NCBI GenBank assembly: GCA_965113315.1
Contig: OZ220365.1
Direction: 5' to 3' (one strand)
DNA: 64,000 nucleotides
Source: Podarcis vaucheri
Lineage: Eukaryota
Of this stretch, positions 37,201 through 51,727 are shown piece by piece. Every line of letters starts with the position of its first letter. Within the stretch, counting starts at the first letter, position 1. The notes beneath the pieces are model-generated. The model was not told where the DNA came from. It ran no database searches and worked only from the letters and a program-made list of their open reading frames with translations. Made by a program: the position numbers and the translations under genes.

Positions 37201-40200
37201 AAGGCCTTATCCTTTATGGAAATAGCATATAGATCATTTCTTTGGCTCTGGAAATTATTTCTCTTATTCGCATTCCAGGTCTCATCACGAAATGTTGTTC
37301 TGCTAGGGACAAGACCCCCAAATTTTGGGGAGCCTTAGGGTTCAGGGATTTGTAAATGAAGTACAGTGGAGGGTGGTAAAGAAGCTTCTTAAATAGTACA
37401 GTATTCAGTTGAAGGGACGCGGGTGGCGCTGTGGGTTAAACCACAGAGCCTAGGACTTGCTGATCAGAAGGTCTGCGGTTCGAATCCCTGCGATGGGGTG
37501 AGCTCCCGTTTCTTGGTCCCTGCTCCTGCCAGCCTAGCAGTTCGAAAGCACATCAAAGTGCAAGTAGATAAATGGGTACCGCTCCGGCGGGAAGGTAAAC
37601 GACGTTTCCATGCGCTGCTCTGGTTCGCCAGAAGCGGCTTAGTCATGCTGGCCACATGACCCGGAAGCTGTACGCTGGCTCCCTCAGCCAATAAAGCAAG
37701 ATGAGCGCCCCAACCCCAGGGTCAGCCGCGACTGGACCTAATGGTCAGGGGTGCCTTTACCTTTACCTATTCAGTTGAAACTCTTGAAAACAAGGGTGTG
37801 ATCACTCACCCCTAACTTGAATATGCATGGTTCTGGGAGAATTTGATTATAGTATGAATAGTTCCTTATTTTTTGAGTAGCACTTCAGCATTTTAAAGCA
37901 GTTTGTAATATGTGGTATCCTGATGCATGTCCATTTGGATCTCAGCCAGTAGATGTAAGGAAGGAGTAAATAGACTGCTTAAACAGCTATATAGAAGAAT
38001 GTTGTAGTAAATGTTAAAAAAGAGTGGGTTTTTTTAAAAAATGGACTGAGTAATAAGTCTACCTATTGCTGTGAGAGAGGCTGTTTCCCCCACAGTGGAC
38101 CTAGTACTGTGGGAAAGTTGCATTCCAATTGCACACAGCATGTCTGGCTTGTAGACCAACATCTTCTAAATTTTCCAGTCTCTAACTCCATGAACTCTCC
38201 AAGATATACATAGTTTGGGGCTGGGAAGAAGGGAGGGAGGAGAGAAGGAGATGAATTACAGAATTAGAACAGGAATTGTTCACTGAAAGGTAAACATATG
38301 GTATAACGAACAGTGCAGTTTCAATTCTGACTTTTACTCTCTGTAGAACGGCAATTGCATGGACATAGCCACTCAAAGAGGAAAATGTTCTTAATTGTAA
38401 TTAGCGCTGTCAGTTGATTCATTACCTGCCTTATTTTAATGGATTTAATTTAATTAAATACCACAAAATCTCAATATTTGTGTAATTTCATGTATATTGG
38501 AGAAAAGACATAGTTGGTTGTTGTTTTAAAGATATAGTCAAATAAAGTTGCCATGCGGTGTTAGAAGGAAAGGCCATCTATCTGCTCCTTAGTCTGGAAT
38601 GCTATCACATTATTCCCATATTCAGAGAGACCAATTCTGAACTTCAGAGCAAGAAACACCCTGAGCCATGAATAGTGAGCTCTGCCTACCATACTGCCTG
38701 TCACCTACTCAGAAGTCATTAGGGCTCCTAGCTTCTACTGATGACTTAATTGGCGTGAGCCAGTGCATAGAACAGGGATAGGGAGTCCAGATGTTGTTGG
38801 ACTCCCGTCTCCCATCAGAGCCGACCAATAATCATGCAAAGATGGGAGTTGTAGTCCAACAACATCTGGATGGCCACAGGTTCCTCGTCCCTGACCTAGA
38901 GAATCCTGATTGGCTGAGGCTTGACCTGGATTTATTTGGGTGGAGCCCAATCTAAAATAAGATGGGGTGGGCTAAAGTTGCATGTGCACAGCGAAGCTTC
39001 CATGCTTAGAAGAAAAACTAGCTTAATCAGGATGAAATATTTGTTCTATTTTCACCTGTGGACTTAAACACTAAAAACATCCTGGTCGCTTTAGATGATT
39101 TGTGTGTTAAATACCCCTTTCACATTGCAGGTGATGAAGTTGTCATAATTCAGGATAAATTGGAAGGCATTAAAACAAGGTACACGGACATAACTAAGCT
39201 GAGTTCTGATGTGTCCAAGACTTTAGAACAGGCTCTACAGCTTTCTGGTCAGCTGCAGTCAGCTCATGAGAAACTCTGCACTTGGCTGGATAAAGTTGAG
39301 GTGGAATTACAGTCGTACGAAGCGCAGGTCCCCAAAGGTGAAGAGTTAAGTCAAGCGCAAGAAAGACAAAAGGTGAGCGTAAAATGCTGTGTTTGCTTGT
39401 GGACAGCGTTCCAGGGGCCACTTGCCAGCAGCAAAGATGGGTGGAGCAACGGGCGTGACACTTCCCTTTGTACAGCTACACAGAAGTTGGGACGTTTTTG
39501 CATATATTCACACCTCGTGCACATCCCTTCACCCTTCATCCAGCTAAGCAAGAAGCGTTAACGTATTTCAAGAATGCATTTCAGAGTAGGGGAGGGAGGT
39601 GGAGAGAGAGAGATGGGGTATTGTTCTTTTGCACTATCATATTTTATTAGTTTAGAGGTTTGTGTCAGCATCATGTAGGTAGGTCCTTTGTTTATTTATT
39701 TATTTATATTGATAGTGTGAGTGGTTAGGGGGTCCCAAGCGTGCTTGTAACAAAAGCAAAGGTAGCCAAGTTGAAAAGAGTGATATTTATAGCTTTGGCT
39801 TGCAGCTGTAGCATTTCAGCTATGTACTCTTAAACTCAATAAACAAAACTGAAGATGGGAGAAGGAGAAAACCAAAAAAGCCCCATGAGCTGTGCAGATT
39901 TTGTTTCTGCGCCAATGTGTTATTTTTAATTTGTTTACCTTAAATATTCATTTTTAGGCACTGAAAAAAGAAGCAAAAGATAATAAAAGTTTACTGGACA
40001 CTCTTAACGAAGTCAGCAGTGCTTTGCTTGAACTGGTGCCATGGAGAGCAAGGGAAGGGATAGACAAAATGATCACAGAAGACAACGAACGGTACAGATT
40101 AGTGAGCGACACTATAACTCAGAAAGTGGAAGAAATTGATGCTGCCATTTTCAGATCGCAGCAGGTAAAAATGACCATAATTCTCATTTCAGTCTATGCG

Positions 40201-43200
40201 TGATAGGGGGAAAAAATATGTATATTTATCTGTTCAAGGAATACATCCAGGTGTATATCTGGGAATCCGTACCAAAAGAAAAGGCTGCTGTTCATATTAT
40301 TGGCACATGCATGCTACGTCTTTGCAAGAACTGGGGCCAAACTTGAAAAGAGCTTGGTCATAGTTGTCAGACATGAGTCCTAGACCAAAGCAAATCCAGT
40401 CATTGTTGTAGCCATCTGTCTTCTAGTTGACACAGAAATTACAGATCAGTCTCATACTGAGAGGCATTACGAGTGGCATCATGCAGTGATCTCAGTGGGA
40501 ATTTCAGTACAGAAAGAATTGTAAACTCAAACCCTGTAACTTATTATTTATGCTGCTATGTAGGTCATATATCAGCTTGTGTAAATGAATGGTTGAAGTA
40601 AAGATGTGTACAGTAGCCAGTGGATGCAGTTTTGCAGGAAATATAAACATTATTTGCAGTTGTGGGCAGCATTAAAATGAGCTTAATATACACATCAGTG
40701 TTTTGTTCGGAGGTTTTCTTTTTCTTTTTTAGAGCTTCTAATTTGTTGGCCCTTTAATTTAGTATGACTCAGTTTATATGCCTCTCTTTCAAAACAGAAT
40801 GTTCAGGCCAAAAGTACCTTCTCTGATTATAAATGTGAGATGACAGCAAATGTTTGTGGCTTGTTTCAAATAGATTAAACAGTGCGATAAAGAATTACTC
40901 ATGAAAAACATGGAGAAACCTCAGCCCACGTAACTTGCTTTTCAGTCATGATTCATAATTAAAGAATAAGATATGACAGCTTATCCATTAAATTTCACCT
41001 TCAGTTGGAAGTGACTCTGTCACCACAAACATGTAAATTATCAACTTTCTCAAGCAGCTTAATAGGATTATTTCTTGTTCAACCAGCATATGTTGAAAGC
41101 ATCAGACATAATGAAGAATTTTGATGACCTCTAAAGGTCGCATGTGCTCCCACCATCATGAGTGGGTCCAATAAAAGTTATCCTCCATATCAGTTTCTCT
41201 ACCTCTTTCTTTTAGGAACATGATTCACGTTGAAACTTGTTGTGTATATTTATTTGTCTGCTTAAACTAGACCATTCAAATATTGTGCTTCACGAGCATA
41301 CCAATTGCTCTACAGTAGCCTTCTCTAACTTGGTGCCCTCAATATAATTTGGACTCCAGATCGCAGCAGCCCCAGTCAGTATGACCAGTGATGGAAACTG
41401 TATTTTAAAGCGTTTGGAAAGAACCAGGATGGGGAAGGCTCTCAAAGTTCTCCAAAGCTCTCGAGTTCAATTGAGAACTGGTCTGGTGAGCCCAGGGGAA
41501 GAAACAAAGTTGAGGGTGGAACATTTGCATATGACAGCAGTGCCTAGTGGGATAACAGACCCTGGCTTCCCTTCCCCTGCGCCATCCACATGTTGAAAGG
41601 GAAGGTCTGAAATGAGGAGTCTGCTTTGTGTGTAGGCTCTGTCTCTGTCAGAACCCTTTGTGATCAGGGTGCTAATCTAGGTTCATACAGCGGGCTCTCC
41701 CTTCTTTAGAACCTTCCCCCAGAGTGTGGAAGTCAGGGTACCGCCAGTAGTATTGTCATGGTGTTGGGAAGCTCAGTGGGCACAAACTTGCTCTCTTCTC
41801 CCATGCATGTTCGGAAAATGACATTTGAAAGAATCCACTAGTAGTCTCTGAAAGGGTAAGATTTTCAGGGGGGAAATATGTGTATGCTATAGATACTCAA
41901 GACTTGCGTTCGCACAACTGGACTGTCAACATCTACCAAGAAGCAATTCCTATTTTGCTGCCCATTGATTTTAATGCCATTGATCTAGCCTAACTAAAAA
42001 ATAATCTCTCTATTGAGGCAGGGAAATAATCCTAAAGATGGACAAGAGCAAGAGATGTTTAAAGAAAAGCAAGTATTAATATTACCTTTGATGTTTGTGA
42101 GAATTTTGACAGAGAATTCCGGTTGAAGTATAAAGTATAATGTGGCTCTGACATTTCCTGCTTCCTCTTTGTAACACTTCTGAAATAAGCTGATTTTGAT
42201 ATACTCCTCAGTGTCACAGAGAGCCCTAGAATTTAATAAAATAAGAACAAACTGTGTGGTTATTATAAGAAGCTGCATTATATTCAATCACAGCAACGAG
42301 CCACCTAGCCTCACATTCTTAACTACTAGCACTGATTCCAGGATGCTGTGCTGCTGACCTGAAAGTCATTATTCTTCAACAAAATAACTTCAAAGGGAAA
42401 CTTTAGTCAGCAGCTGCTGGTTTTTTTCTCCTATTTCATTAAATTATCACAGCAAAGGGAGGAAAATTATATCGTTGCCTATACCGGTAATTTGTGAATG
42501 ATCACTGTGTTTATTTCGTATATTTTTGAGCTTAGCAAAGAGACATCACACTTGCTATTCAAAGATATTTGGCCCACTGCTTACAATCTTTACCTTTCTG
42601 ACTCTGTATGTGTTTGACCAATGCCACAGAAGCATGTTGCACTATTCTGCCTTGCCTCACCTGTCCCTTTAAGAATACCCAGATTTCTCTCATCCTCCAT
42701 CATATCTCTTAAGTGAAGAGGCCACATCTCCTCTTCCAGGTCTAAATGCACAAACTGGAAAGCTTATGGTCTAGCAGGGAAGTTAACAGGCACTATCTTG
42801 TTGCCATTGACACCTTGATCGCTTCATCCTCTATCCCCTCCCGAAGGTGTTGCAACACACATTCTTAGCTATGTGCAACTCCCTTAGCATTGCAACTTAA
42901 AATACCCACCATTCTAGAACTGGCCTAGAGGCAGCTTTGCAATTGAGGGTTATACTTGTTCAGATATCCAAAATATAAACAGGTTCTCATAAACTTGGGG
43001 CTGTGTAAATGTAACCAGTGCAGTCTTACCACTGAGCTATGATCCACACCTCTGAATCTTATCAGATGTATTTTCTGAAATATCTTTTCCATTTAAACCC
43101 TCTATGCATCCAATTGGAGTTATTTTTTTATTAATTGCTTTTTTATTTTTTCTGTATTTTCTTTAGTTTGATCAAGCAGCCGACACTGAATTAGCCTGGG

Positions 43201-46200
43201 TTGAGGAAACAGAAAATAAACTGATGTCTCTGGGTGACATTAGGCTTGAACGTGACCAGACCATTGCTCAGCTACAAGTTCAAAAGGTGAACAAATGTGA
43301 TTCCATCTGTAATGCAATAATTAATGGCCATTACTTTTTCTGCCATGATTTAATTTTCAAACCATTATAGTGCAGGCTTTTGCTCTATGTCCTCATATTC
43401 CTAATACCAGAGTATTGTATTATGTAATTAGGCATTTACCATGGAGATTTTGAAACACAAGGATACAATAGAAGAGCTTGTTGCATCTGGGGATGAAATT
43501 ATGAAGACATGCACGGAAGAGGACAAACAAACCATGAAGGTAATGGAGCATGATTTGCACTTGCTTACCAATAACTTTGAAAATCTGCATGCGTAAGGGA
43601 TTCCTAAGCCATGTTGCTGGAGCCCACTAAGATTATGTAAGAGGGGCTGAAATGTGCCTTGAAAGTTTAAGCTGCCTCAAGTTGGCTGCATCATGCAGCA
43701 CGTGGTTAAACTATGGAACTTGCTCCCACAGGAGGCAGTGATGGCCTCTAACTTACATGGCTTTAAAAGAGGATTAGACAAATTCATAAAGCTATCAATG
43801 GCTATTAGCCACAATAGCTATGCTCTGCGCAGTTGGAGTCAGTGATGCTTCTGAATACCAGTTACTGGAAACCAGAGGAGGGAAAAGTGCTCTTGTGCTT
43901 GAATCTTGCATGCTGGTTTTCCACAGGTCATTGTGAGAACGGGATGGGGGACTAGATGGACCATTGGCCTGATCCAGCAGGTTCTTAAAACTTACTTGAA
44001 ATGCCTGTTGAAATTTTAAAAGGCCTTCAGTATACACTCAAAATTCAACAGGAAAGAGGGCCTGCCTGATATCAACCGCGGGGGAGTTCCATAGAATTGG
44101 ACCCGGAATGCTGAATCCACAACTCCTTGGGGGATACGCCTCCCCCAAGCACCTGCCTACTTGCCCCCTAAAGGACTAAAAGATTGCCCACCCTGTTATA
44201 TAGCAAGACTAGTCACCTGCCACAATGGTAATCTTGTAAATGTCTCCAACCAAAATATAAATGCTGGTGTTTGTTGGTAATTTCTTTAATAGAAGAAGCT
44301 GGAAGGCCTCTTGCAGAAGTATAATACACTCTGTCAAATGAACTCTAAGAGGAACCTGCAGCTAGAAAGAGCTCAGTCTCTAGCCAGTCAGTTCTGGGAG
44401 ACTTATGAAGAGATTTGGCCATGGCTAACAGAAACACAAACAGTAATATCACAGCTTCCAGCACCAGCTCTTGAATATGAAACCCTAAAGCAACAACAAG
44501 AAGAGCACCGGGTAAGTTTGCAGTTGTCTTACAAAATGCTGTTAATTCCAAAGGTCAAAAGAAGTGCAGCCCTCTCTTTAGCATGTCATATTCACCAAAC
44601 CAACCAATACTTATCAGATTTTACATATTTTTTACTCTCTGTTAAAAACAACAACCCAAAATTCATTTTATTATGAAACAAACATTTTCTATTTTAATAT
44701 AAACACAAGTTTGAGTTTATTCTCAAGGCAGAGCAATCATTGTGAAAAGTGGATTAGTGAATTAGTGGCCTAACTCTGAACAAATTATTTACATTTTTTT
44801 TAAACGAATGAGAATGTTCAACAGTATCCAAAATAGCTGGAATGCAAAGCAAGCTGTGGTGTTCCCTAAGGAAAAAAAAAATCAAAAATCCAAAGTTGGG
44901 AAACACCTTAATTTGGACCAGCCAAAGTATCACAATCTTTTGAGTTCTCCAGAACTCTTAGTCAGGATGTTATGTAAAGCAGAGAATGGGGAAAAGGGGG
45001 CGGGGGACAGCAACAAACAACAAATATGGTTGTGGCCACTACGTCTGCATTTTGATTCAGCTTTAAGAGAGATTGCATGCTGGATTGGACTAGGTGCTGC
45101 AGACTCAGTGTGTACCCAGGATTTTGGGGAAAGAGGTGATGGCTGACCCCCAATTTTGGAAGCATAAAGTCCAGCAGTTAGTCAGTTCTGCCTCCAGCCT
45201 TAACAAAAGACAGAGGTTCCTGATTAGGCAGAGTGCAGCAATAAAGAGAAACATGGCTGTCTTCATATTAGCAAAGTTGGAGATTAATTATAGAGAGTGT
45301 TCTGGGTAGAAAAACCAGCTAAAGCTTCATTGAGTAGTAGTGAAGGCATACTGAATACAACAGAAACTGGAGACAAACAAAAGAATAAGTACCCAGAAGC
45401 ACCTTCTTAAAGGGAACTTTAAAACTATAACAGTTTGTTCTGTTAAGTTATGCTTTAAATGTGCAACAGTGCGTTGCTTCCATTTTAATGCACAACATTT
45501 TCTACGAGTCTCAAAAATATTGGATGATCTTAATATGATTCCGTCACGTAACCTTGGAGGTTTGATTTGCTTGCTTTTGTTACAGCACTCGAGCACTAGC
45601 GAGCTATTTATAATCATATTTAAACAATTTGGCATCTTCTGGAATGCCATTACTTAATAAATCATTTAGAGTGCCGGACAACTGGCTGAATACTTTTGAC
45701 TAGTTATATTGTTTTGCTTCCCAGATTCTGTTCTTTTAAATATCTTGGTAGACTAAAATGCTGTTTTTCTAGTATAAAGGAAACATTATATGCTTAGAGC
45801 TGAAAACACAACACTAAGGCTAAATGGATATATCCAGTATGAGTTATACTTTGTCTTAGCATGCAGCTGGGATTGTTTATTTAGACCACCTTGCCAGCTG
45901 AACGTGTTGGACGCACAGACAGCTGGAATGTGGCGATGTAAGGGTTAGATACTGATAAGTGTTTTGCTTTGCTATAGCAACTGCGAGAGTTGATTGCTGA
46001 ACACAAGCCTCATATAGATAAGATGAATAAAACTGGACCTCAGCTTCTGGAACTGAGCCCGCGAGAAGGTTTTTCAATCCAAGAGAAGTATGTAGCAGCT
46101 GATGCCCTTTATAGTCGAATTAAAGAAGATGTCAAAAAGCGAGCTCAGGCACTGGACGAAGCCATTTCTCAGTCTACCCAGGTAACATTATTTATTAGAA

Positions 46201-49200
46201 GAGCAATTAGATTCCAACTGCAGGATGTTGTTATCTTAAATCAATAGACTCTAGGTACATAGTGGACTTGCCAAGACACTACGTCACCAAATCATTGCAC
46301 ATAAATTTGCTCTTCCTATCTGTTAAAGAATTAAGGGCATTGTATGTTGGTGAATCAAACCTTCCCCCTGTGCCATCAAGTTCCTTGAAGGAAAGGCATA
46401 ATTAAAAAATGGAAATATTCTTATCCTATTTGGGAATTACAGAATTGTTTTTCCCTGAATAATAAAGCCAGTATCCTACATAATAGTGATTTGTTCATGC
46501 ATGCACACAATCAAAGAGGCTAATTGGTGTCAAGACAGCCCAGGGTTTCTCCTGGTGTCTTTGCCAAAAATAGTGGTGGTGGGACAGTGACTGACTGTTG
46601 GTCAGACTTGGCATGAAGCAACTTCCAACTTTCCAATGTAATGCTACTGCATTATAGTTTTCTGACCCTACCTACTTAGGAGCTAGATCAGGGGTCTGCA
46701 ACCTTTAAGACAAAAAGAGCCACTTGGACCTGTTTCCGAAGAAAAAAAACTGGGAGCCGCAAAACTCGTCATTATAAAAATAACATTTTTGTCACTTTTT
46801 TATTATTTCTTTGTTTGACCCCTCAGAATTACTCCTCCTCATAGAAATAAACGTTAAATTAACAAGTTACCTTTTTGTGTGTGTGTGTTCTTCACTCCCC
46901 TTCAAAACAGTGACCAGCGTACATGCCCCCTTTCAATGCAGTGACCAGCGTACATGCCCCTTACAATGTAGCGGGCAGGTGGGCGGGAAGGTGACGTCGG
47001 GACGGTGCGTGACTAACGCACGCACCGCCCCCATGCGACGTCACAGCCAGTACAGCGCCCGCCACAGTGGGGAGTGTTGGGGCGCACAATGCGCCTCCTT
47101 CCCTCGCTAGTATCCGCCCCGGAGCCGCGGCAAAGGTGTAAAAGAGCCACATGCGGCTCCGGAGCCGCGGGTTGCAGATCCCTGAGCTAGATGCTTACAT
47201 TCATACGATGTCTATTAATCACTGCCGCATAATGTTAACAGTAATTAACCAATGCAGTAGGATATTTATTGGATAAAACTTATTAATAATGTGAATTGCT
47301 GACATTTTTAAACGAAATAACACATTGTGGCAAAGGATAGGTGAAAGAAAAAATGTGTTATTTCCTCTGTGTTATAAAACCATGTTCAGGAAACTATTAA
47401 TACATAGTATTAATACATGGTGATGATGAGACAGATAACAATTGGTCTGTACTGTAAAGCTGCCTAGTTCACTAACAAACAGATATTATTTGGACATTTT
47501 GATTGGGAAACATAAATTTTGCTTAAACTAAGATCATAAATCTGTTGAGAAAGACAAAAAGTCACAAAAATAGTTAAGGATGCTTTAAGCATGTTCATTC
47601 AGCTATAACTGGTTTTTTTTTTCTGGTTTGACCCAATTCCTTTTAAATGTTGCTAATAATCTGTCACTCACCCAGTCTTCTCTCCCTCCTCCCCATTTGT
47701 CTGCATAGTTCCATGACAAGATAGATTCGACCACTGAGAGCCTAGAACGCATTGTTGAACGTTTGAGGCAACCGCCTTCCATCTCAGCTGAGGTTGAGAA
47801 GATTAAAGAACAGATCGGTGAAAATAAGAACGTGTCTGTCGACCTTGAAAAACTTCAGCCAGTCTATGAAACCCTCAAGCAGCGCGGGGAGGAGATGATT
47901 GCCCGTTCAGAAGGCGCTGATAAGGACATATCTGCTAAAGGTAGACTTCAGAATTTTACATTTCAAAATAAATGCATGAACAAGTTTCCACAAGCAGAAC
48001 TTTATATACCTGCCCGTGTATATTTTGCTTCCTAGTGGTTCAGGATAAGTTGGATCAAATGGTCTTTATGTGGGAAGACATCCATACCCTGGCTGAAGAA
48101 AGGGAGGCCAAATTGCTTGATGCAATGGAATTAGCAGAGAAGTTCTGGTGTGATCACATGGCTCTCATAGCCACTATTAAGGATACTCAGGATTTTATCA
48201 GAGAACTAGAAGGAGCTGGAATTGATCCTTCAGTGGTAAAGCAACAGCAAGAAGCAGCAGAGGTAGGTGAAATTTAACTGTTGGGCTTAGACTACCGTCC
48301 TGCTCCCATATATTTCTTAGCAATCATGTATAAGCATGTTAGTGGTTTGGACTATATTGTTATGCTATGTTTAGTGGAAATTCCTTTACAAATCATCATG
48401 GCTGGTTCAGATGTAACAGGAAACCATTGTTTCCAGCTATGTGAATGAGCCACACTGAGCCGCCTCCTCCCATCTCCAGTACAAAGCTCTCCACAGTTCA
48501 TTCACATTGTGGGAACTCCTAATTACCCATTATATATGGACAGGACTAGATATAGAGTCCAACACCATCTGTGCGGATTTATTTTGCTTCTTTAAGAAAC
48601 AAAAATCCCTGTGTGTAACAAATGCATGGCTACAGGTAATCATGGCCTGCATTTTTTTGCCTTCCTGCACTAGTCAGTAATGCCCTTTTTTCTCTTCAGA
48701 GTCTATGCATTGCTGAATGAAAAGACTTGCATGGGGGAAAATGCATTTGAAGTAATAATGAAAGGTGATGGCTGTGTTCTACCTCCAATGTCAAAGGCAG
48801 TTTGCCTCTGAATATCAGCTCCTGGGAATCACAAGTGCTGTTGTGCACAGGTCCTTCTTGCGGGCATCTGATTAACCACTGTGAGAACATGATGCTGGAC
48901 TAGATAAGCCTTTGGCCTCAACCCGGCAGGACTCAGCGTTCTTTCTGATGACTATTGTGCCCTTATAAGCCATCTAATGATGATTCGAGCATTGGGCCAG
49001 ATTCAGTTTGCTAATGGAAGCCAGCACAAAGATTTCTGCTAGCTCAATAGAGATTTCCCCCTGTTCTTCCCCCTTCACCTCTCTCGAATCTGCTCTGGAG
49101 GGTCAGGGGAACCCCCAGAACAGCATGGAGAAGGAGGAAAAAGGAGATAGTTGCATCTGACAAGCAGAAATTCCTTTGCTGATGGGTTATTGGCATAGTG

Positions 49201-51653
49201 CAGGCTTCCTCAAACTCAGCCCTCCAGATGTTTTGAGACTACAATTCCCATCATCCCTGACCATTGGTCCTGCTAGGTAGGGATCATGGGAGTTGTAGGC
49301 CAAAAACATCTGGAGGGCCGAGTTTGAGGAAGCCTGGCATAGTGTGATGTTGAATTCCACCCACTGAGTGGGGGAAATTCATGCATTAATCACCCTTAAA
49401 ACACCATCCGTTCTCACCCAGAGCAATCTCCCTCCCAACTTGCTGTTCAAATGACTGCACAAGTTTGGTCTTTTGGTTTATGTTTCTGATAGGCACTCCC
49501 CTCCCCAGTATTGCCTGTTGAAGTGAGAGGACTTTCCTAAGCCGTTTGTGATTTGCTGTGGTAGGATGTGTGGGGGATAAAGTGGAAGACAGGGAATAAA
49601 ATAATCTCACTGCCATAGGACATGCCTAAAACAGCTCTGGTTTCCAACCTTTATTCACAAAAGTCATAAACATTCATTACAGGAAAATAATAGCAGCCTG
49701 GGACCATGAGACATTGCATTTTTATTTGATAATATTCAGAAGCCAGACCTACTAATTTGTTTAAAAGGAGGCTAGTATTCACCTTATTTTCTTAGCATTA
49801 TGGTGTAATTTTCCCACACTGTATGGCTACAATGTTAGCTTATTGAATTTGAAAGCTGTTTTTCTAAGCAGGTGGACATGTCGGTCCCTGTAATGTTCTG
49901 GATACAGAGGAATTGTTAAGCCCCTGCCACAACAACCATCTGCCCAATGGGTGAAGAAAAACCTACTCTTAAACTCCCTCCTTCATGTTGTCGTCTTCTT
50001 TATAAATCAATATATTTTTAAAATTTAAGGTCAGCATGGTCTTATGCTATGCTAGTTAAATACTCATGGATAGCAAATAATGTTTGCCACTCTGAATGAA
50101 TCTTAAATCATAAATTTAATATTATGGAAAGTCTAACATTTTGTTTCTCTTTTTTAGACTATTAAAGAAGAGATAGATGGGTTACAAGAAGACTTAGATG
50201 TAGTGGTAAGCCTTGGCTCTGAACTGATAGCAGCATGTGGAGAACCTGACAAGCCATTAGTCAACAAGAGCATAGATGAGGTATGAGTTATGCAATTGCT
50301 TGGCATTTTATGTCCATATGAAATGGATAGAAAGGTGTTTCCTTTTTAAAATTGATGTATGGTGCCTAATTTAAATACTTGGCAAACAAACAGGGTTCTT
50401 TGGGGGAGTCAAAAGTAAAATTCACCACACTGGCTTCTGGTTTGATTTTGAAACTTGCAAGGCACTTTGCAGAACTGAAATAAACCTATGAAGCTCATAG
50501 TTTAACTTGCACTGATAAGTGGAATCATCCACATATTTAACTATGGTAGGGTAATAAGCCACCAAAAACTTGGGTGGAGGGGATCCTGGTCCTTGATAGA
50601 GACATATCCATCTAGATTTAGCAATGTTCCTTGCTCTTATTATAATATTAGGGAAGCTCTTGCATAATTTTTATATTGCAGATAGAGAAACCATAATCTA
50701 ATGTCAATCCTAAGTTTTAATATATAGGTTATAGACATTGCCTTCCAGTTTTTTATTCAACTGAATCTCCATTTAAAATGCAGCTAAATTCTGCTTGGGA
50801 TGCTTTAAATAAAGCATGGAAAGAACGTGTTGACAAGCTTGAGGAAGCAATGCAAGCAGCTGTTCAGTATCAAGATGGATTGCAGGTAAGGTTATTTTAA
50901 TATTTGAAATTTACAAGCATTATCTAATATTATTCTTTTCTTTTTTTTCTTTTTTAAGAGTAACCTTTTTAATCAGTCAGAAACCCCTGATTTGATTCCG
51001 AATTGTTGGTTCAGAACAATTGAAAATGTTGGTTTTCATTTAACTTATAAAGCACCTAATGGTTGTACACTATTGTGACCTCATCTTCATCCTCCTGCAA
51101 GTTCTTAGATTGTCAACTTTTGAATTTGCTTGGTAACAGCACCCCAAATTTTTCTATTACTATACCAAGTTTGTATGATGAGGAATTCTCAGGCAAAATG
51201 CAAGCCTATGTTCTTCTTTCTGGCAACACAAGACAACCTGGTTGTTCGGGCTGGCTTTTGGTGGAATTGGGTATTTTAATTTGATGTTAGTGGATATTCT
51301 GTTGGTTTTACCGATCCTGATTTTATAATAGTGTTGCATTCCCCTAAAACAAGAGGTTGGGGGAACCTGTGGTCCTCCAGACGTTGTTGAACTTCAGTTC
51401 TCATCAGTGCCAACCCACACAGCCAACACTCAAGGATTATGAGAACTGTAGTCCCAGCAACACCTGGAGGGCCCCAGATTCTCCATCTCTGCCCTAAAAC
51501 ACAGGGTGGGGAAGCTAAATTTCTAAATGAACAATAAATAAATATGTATATTAGAGCATGAACCATCCAAAGTTAAATGCATGTTATGGGTCATGCAATG
51601 TGCTACATTGGAGATGTGTGATTGGATCTCCTAGCATATTATTCTTCTCCTAA

Positions 51654-51727
<74 letters not shown>

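Noticed and set aside
46960-47180. CpG-island promoter
   Set aside because: The CpG-rich patch lies wholly within a hAT element bounded by TIRs and an 8-bp TSD
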